64,000 nucleotides of DNA, taken from an uncultured Solibacteraceae bacterium. Its GTDB lineage: Bacteria > Acidobacteriota > Vicinamibacteria > Vicinamibacterales > SCN-69-37. The notes under the pieces are model-generated. The model saw only the letters and a list, made by a program, of their open reading frames with translations. It did not search any database and was not told where the DNA came from. The translations under genes were made by a program, and so were the position numbers. The stretch lies in contig CAYRGW010000002.1 in the NCBI GenBank assembly GCA_964423815.1, positions 4,590 through 68,589 on the forward strand, written 5' to 3'. Each line of letters opens with the position of its first letter. The first letter of the stretch is position 1. Positions 61,416 through 64,000 of the stretch are shown one piece after another.

Positions 61416-63310
61416 CAATGCGCGTGGCCCCGAGGTGGTGGCGGATCCAGAAACACGTGAATCGTCTCTTCCGTGAGGGGACTCAGGCACTCAGCCCGAT
61501 GCCGCTCAGCCCAGGCACGGGTCGCCGTGGTCCGCTCCGGCAGGTGGCTCAGCAGGTCCAGCACGTGGTGCTCCAAATCGTCGACCGTAAACACGGGTGC
61601 GACGGTCCCGGGCAACCATCCCAGAGGGTTCAGATCAAGATCTGTCTCCCGCCCCAGGACCACGACCGGGATGCCCGCCAACAACAGCTCAAGGCCGGTT
61701 GTCGTCCCCGACGGCACCACTGCACACGACGCGACGCGAACGCACTCGGCCATTTCACCGCCGGCCCTGGCAAACTGATCCGGCAACGCGCGACCATTAC
61801 ACGCCGCGTGCCAGTTCGACTCGCTCATCATCGGGTGTGTCTTGAGCAGCACCCGGAGGGTCACACGGTGGCCAAACGCTTTGAACACCTTGTCCATGAC
61901 CTCAGCCGCCGTTCCGGTATCGAGCGGCACCATCACCAGAATCGTGTTGGCTGGAGGCTCGGTCCTCGACAGTGCCTGCAGGTGCAGGTACCGCAGCGAT
62001 GGCCCGATCCGGAATTCGGCCCCGGCAAATCCCTCTCGCGCGAACAGGTCGGCGGCGAAGGCCGAGTTGCACACAATCACATCCGGATGCGGCGCCACAG
62101 CGTGTTCGGCCTCGGTGGTGAACATGTGCAGTTGCAGCGGGTACGGCGCCAGGTAGTGCTGAAACCCGACCGTGGTCACCGAGGGCATGTGGTGGCGCAA
62201 GGCCAGTACCTGGGGCTTCTCGGTCACCATGTTTTCAAACTTGTCGAGAAAGATGTCGAACTCAATCCTGCGCGCCTTGAGGGCCGCGATGAGCCGCGTG
62301 TACCTGATGAACCGCGTGAGGCCCGTATCCCCGGCGGCCACCCGCGCGGCATCCCGCATCAAATGGTCGACCCGGATACCCCCGACCACCTGGGTGGAAG
62401 GCACCAACCAGAGTTGCCCGATGACAATGCCTGCGGCCCAGACATAGTCGCGGAGACGGTAATAGTCTTCCGGCAACAGACACGGCGTGGGACTGTTGCG
62501 GAGCGTCGTGAACGCGGCCCGGCGTGAGCGGGTGACGTTCTCCAACCAGGGCACCACCACGACGTCACAACCACGTGCCCGCAGGTGCTCCGGCAGCACG
62601 GTGAAATACCGATCGCTGCTGCCGCCATACTGCCGCAACGCCGCCTCGTCGATGCAGCAGTGCATCAACACACGCGTGACACCCGCCCGCGTGAAGGGTG
62701 TGACCGGGCGTCCCGTGGTCCTCGCGTCGAGCAGATCGCGCACCGAACGCAACAAGTGGAGCGCCCACACGCTGCAGAATCGGACACCCCACCTGACCTT
62801 CTCAATGACCTCGGGAAACCAGCGAGGTCCGGTGACAGGCCCCCCACCTGCGGCGTGCGCCGCAATCGTTCGCAGCACCGCCCGGTTGTCCGAGACGATC
62901 AGTGTCGGCGCATCCTGCCCCGCCAGCGCGTCAAGGGCCAGGCGCACCAGACACAGGTGCCGGAACAGCGGAGAAACGTAGGTGTTGCGCTCGGCGAGAC
63001 GTGAGGCCCACCACCGTAGACCACCAGGGGATTGGTCCCGCAGGCCCACCACCCAGTCCACGAACGGCCCGCGCAGGGCTCCGGCCACCTGCTGGAGCGC
63101 TGCGCCCGAAGGCACCCGTTCAAAACCCTCCCCGAGCGCGGCCTCCCACGCGAGGGCGTCGCTGTAGCGCCGACCGAGGAACAACCACCGCACGGGCTGC
63201 GACCCGGCCTGCCGGCGCCACGCCGGCGCCAGCCGAAGCACGCGGCCCCGCTCGTTCACGTGGGCCAGATGCACCGGGCGCGGGTCAGACACGCTCGGCA
63301 AAGTCCGCAA
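61415..63310 (-). CDS. hypothetical 631-aa protein, C-terminal half GT-B/Rossmann-like
   Basis: No motif recognised with confidence. C-terminal ..AVVPSGTTTGLELLLAGIPVVVL.. resembles a nucleotide-sugar-binding GT-B domain. Alternative start at GTG 63274. Confidence 0.55.
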   Translation of the reverse strand: MRTLPSVSDPRPVHLAHVNERGRVLRLAPAWRRQAGSQPVRWLFLGRRYSDALAWEAALGEGFERVPSGAALQQVAGALRGPFVDWVVGLRDQSPGGLRWWASRLAERNTYVSPLFRHLCLVRLALDALAGQDAPTLIVSDNRAVLRTIAAHAAGGGPVTGPRWFPEVIEKVRWGVRFCSVWALHLLRSVRDLLDARTTGRPVTPFTRAGVTRVLMHCCIDEAALRQYGGSSDRYFTVLPEHLRARGCDVVVVPWLENVTRSRRAAFTTLRNSPTPCLLPEDYYRLRDYVWAAGIVIGQLWLVPSTQVVGGIRVDHLMRDAARVAAGDTGLTRFIRYTRLIAALKARRIEFDIFLDKFENMVTEKPQVLALRHHMPSVTTVGFQHYLAPYPLQLHMFTTEAEHAVAPHPDVIVCNSAFAADLFAREGFAGAEFRIGPSLRYLHLQALSRTEPPANTILVMVPLDTGTAAEVMDKVFKAFGHRVTLRVLLKTHPMMSESNWHAACNGRALPDQFARAGGEMAECVRVASCAVVPSGTTTGLELLLAGIPVVVLGRETDLDLNPLGWLPGTVAPVFTVDDLEHHVLDLLSHLPERTTATRAWAERHRAECLSPLTEETIHVFLDPPPPRGHAH

Positions 63311-63938
63311 TCACCCGGGACAGACCGACCAGGTCAGGCAACACCGGCACACCCAGGTCGGACCAGTCGGGGCCGTCCGCTGTGGCCCGGGCCACGAACC
63401 TGACGCCCGCGGCGCTGGCGCCGTCGTAGTCGGTCATCGCGTCACCCACAAACACCAGGTCCTCGGGCGGCAGATCCGGCCCCAGCAGACTGGACAACAC
63501 CACGTCCTTGGTCCGCGGCGATCCAAACACACCGGAGAAATACGGGGTCAGGTCGCGGCGCTCGACAATCTCGCGCAATTCAGGTTCCGGCGTCCCCGAC
63601 ACCACAAACAGCGTGAAGTCCCGCGCATGAAGCTCCCGAATCGTCTCAAGCGCCCCTGTGACCCACGGGGCGTCGACGACCCCGGTAAACGTGAGACGCT
63701 GAAACTCCTCACACAAGGCTTCCAGCTGCGCCTCGGGCAGCGGCCGCCGCAGAATCTCGCGATAGTAGTGGCGGATTTTTTCGACGCGCGACACACCGCC
63801 GTGGGCGAGATGGTAGGCCACGACCTGGGCAACCACATCAGGGCCTTCGCCCTCGAAGAGCCGGGCGAACGCCTGTGTTTTTACGCTGACGGATTCAACG
63901 ATGACGCCGTCGAAGTCGAAGGCCACCGCACGGATCAT
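63285..63938 (-). CDS. HAD-superfamily hydrolase (phosphatase)
   Basis: 217 aa from ATG 63938. AVAFDFDGVIV (motif I), VVSGT (II), VGDAMTDYDGA (IV). Confidence 0.8.
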   Translation of the reverse strand: MIRAVAFDFDGVIVESVSVKTQAFARLFEGEGPDVVAQVVAYHLAHGGVSRVEKIRHYYREILRRPLPEAQLEALCEEFQRLTFTGVVDAPWVTGALETIRELHARDFTLFVVSGTPEPELREIVERRDLTPYFSGVFGSPRTKDVVLSSLLGPDLPPEDLVFVGDAMTDYDGASAAGVRFVARATADGPDWSDLGVPVLPDLVGLSRVIADFAERV

Positions 63939-64000
63939 GGGGCCTGGTGATCGCCTCGCGCGTGGATCTCGTGCAGACACTCAAGCAAACCCTGGCCCAT
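63935..64000 (-). CDS. 3' end of an upstream gene continuing beyond the window (product unknown)
   Basis: Own translation gives ..GQGLLECLHEIHARGDHQAP*. ATGA overlap with the HAD gene start. Confidence 0.4.
   Translation of the reverse strand: MGQGLLECLHEIHARGDHQAP

Overview
High-GC (roughly two-thirds G+C by eye) chromosomal segment of a diderm bacterium. The phylum cannot be determined from the sequence alone. All calls rest on motif recognition and gene context, with no database search.

Gene content, left to right:
- A housekeeping block on the minus strand: L25/Ctc, prs, tRNA-Gln, ispE, a LolB-like lipoprotein and a TPR protein.
- An LPS-core-like block: Trm112, a GT9 heptosyltransferase, an O-antigen-ligase-like protein, heptose-7-P kinase and an ArnT-like GT-C.
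- purH, a cold-shock gene with a structured leader, and selA.
- A lytic transglycosylase.
- A 12-gene nuo operon that lacks nuoG and nuoI and carries a gmhA-like gene between nuoC and nuoD.
- GT4, DUF3108 and thiS-[RmlC-like]-thiG.
- A PQQ sugar dehydrogenase with a triple Cys-repeat tail.
- From about 32.5 kb to the window end, a large surface-polysaccharide locus. It encodes methyltransferases, GT-C/Wzy-like membrane proteins, a Wzz-like co-polymerase, a WecA-type initiating transferase fusion, a CapE/FnlA dehydratase, GT4/GT2 transferases, a deacetylase and an RmlD-like reductase.

The most unusual element is a translationally coupled cassette in that locus. It combines FemAB(amber), a DegT aminotransferase, GNAT, lipoyl-E2, an E1 alpha-beta fusion, ACP and a second GNAT. 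I interpret it as a candidate acyl-ACP generator for amino-sugar N-acylation.

Three families of short repeats pervade the intergenic junctions, and some run into coding sequence:
- a 25-nt GTAG-type REP hairpin with covarying stems;
- a 19-22-nt GACGTCGGGTGTCTTTTTC inverted-repeat family;
- octamer tandem arrays (CAATGRGC and GGGACTTC types).

No transposase, integrase, CRISPR array, rRNA or recognisable defence gene was seen.
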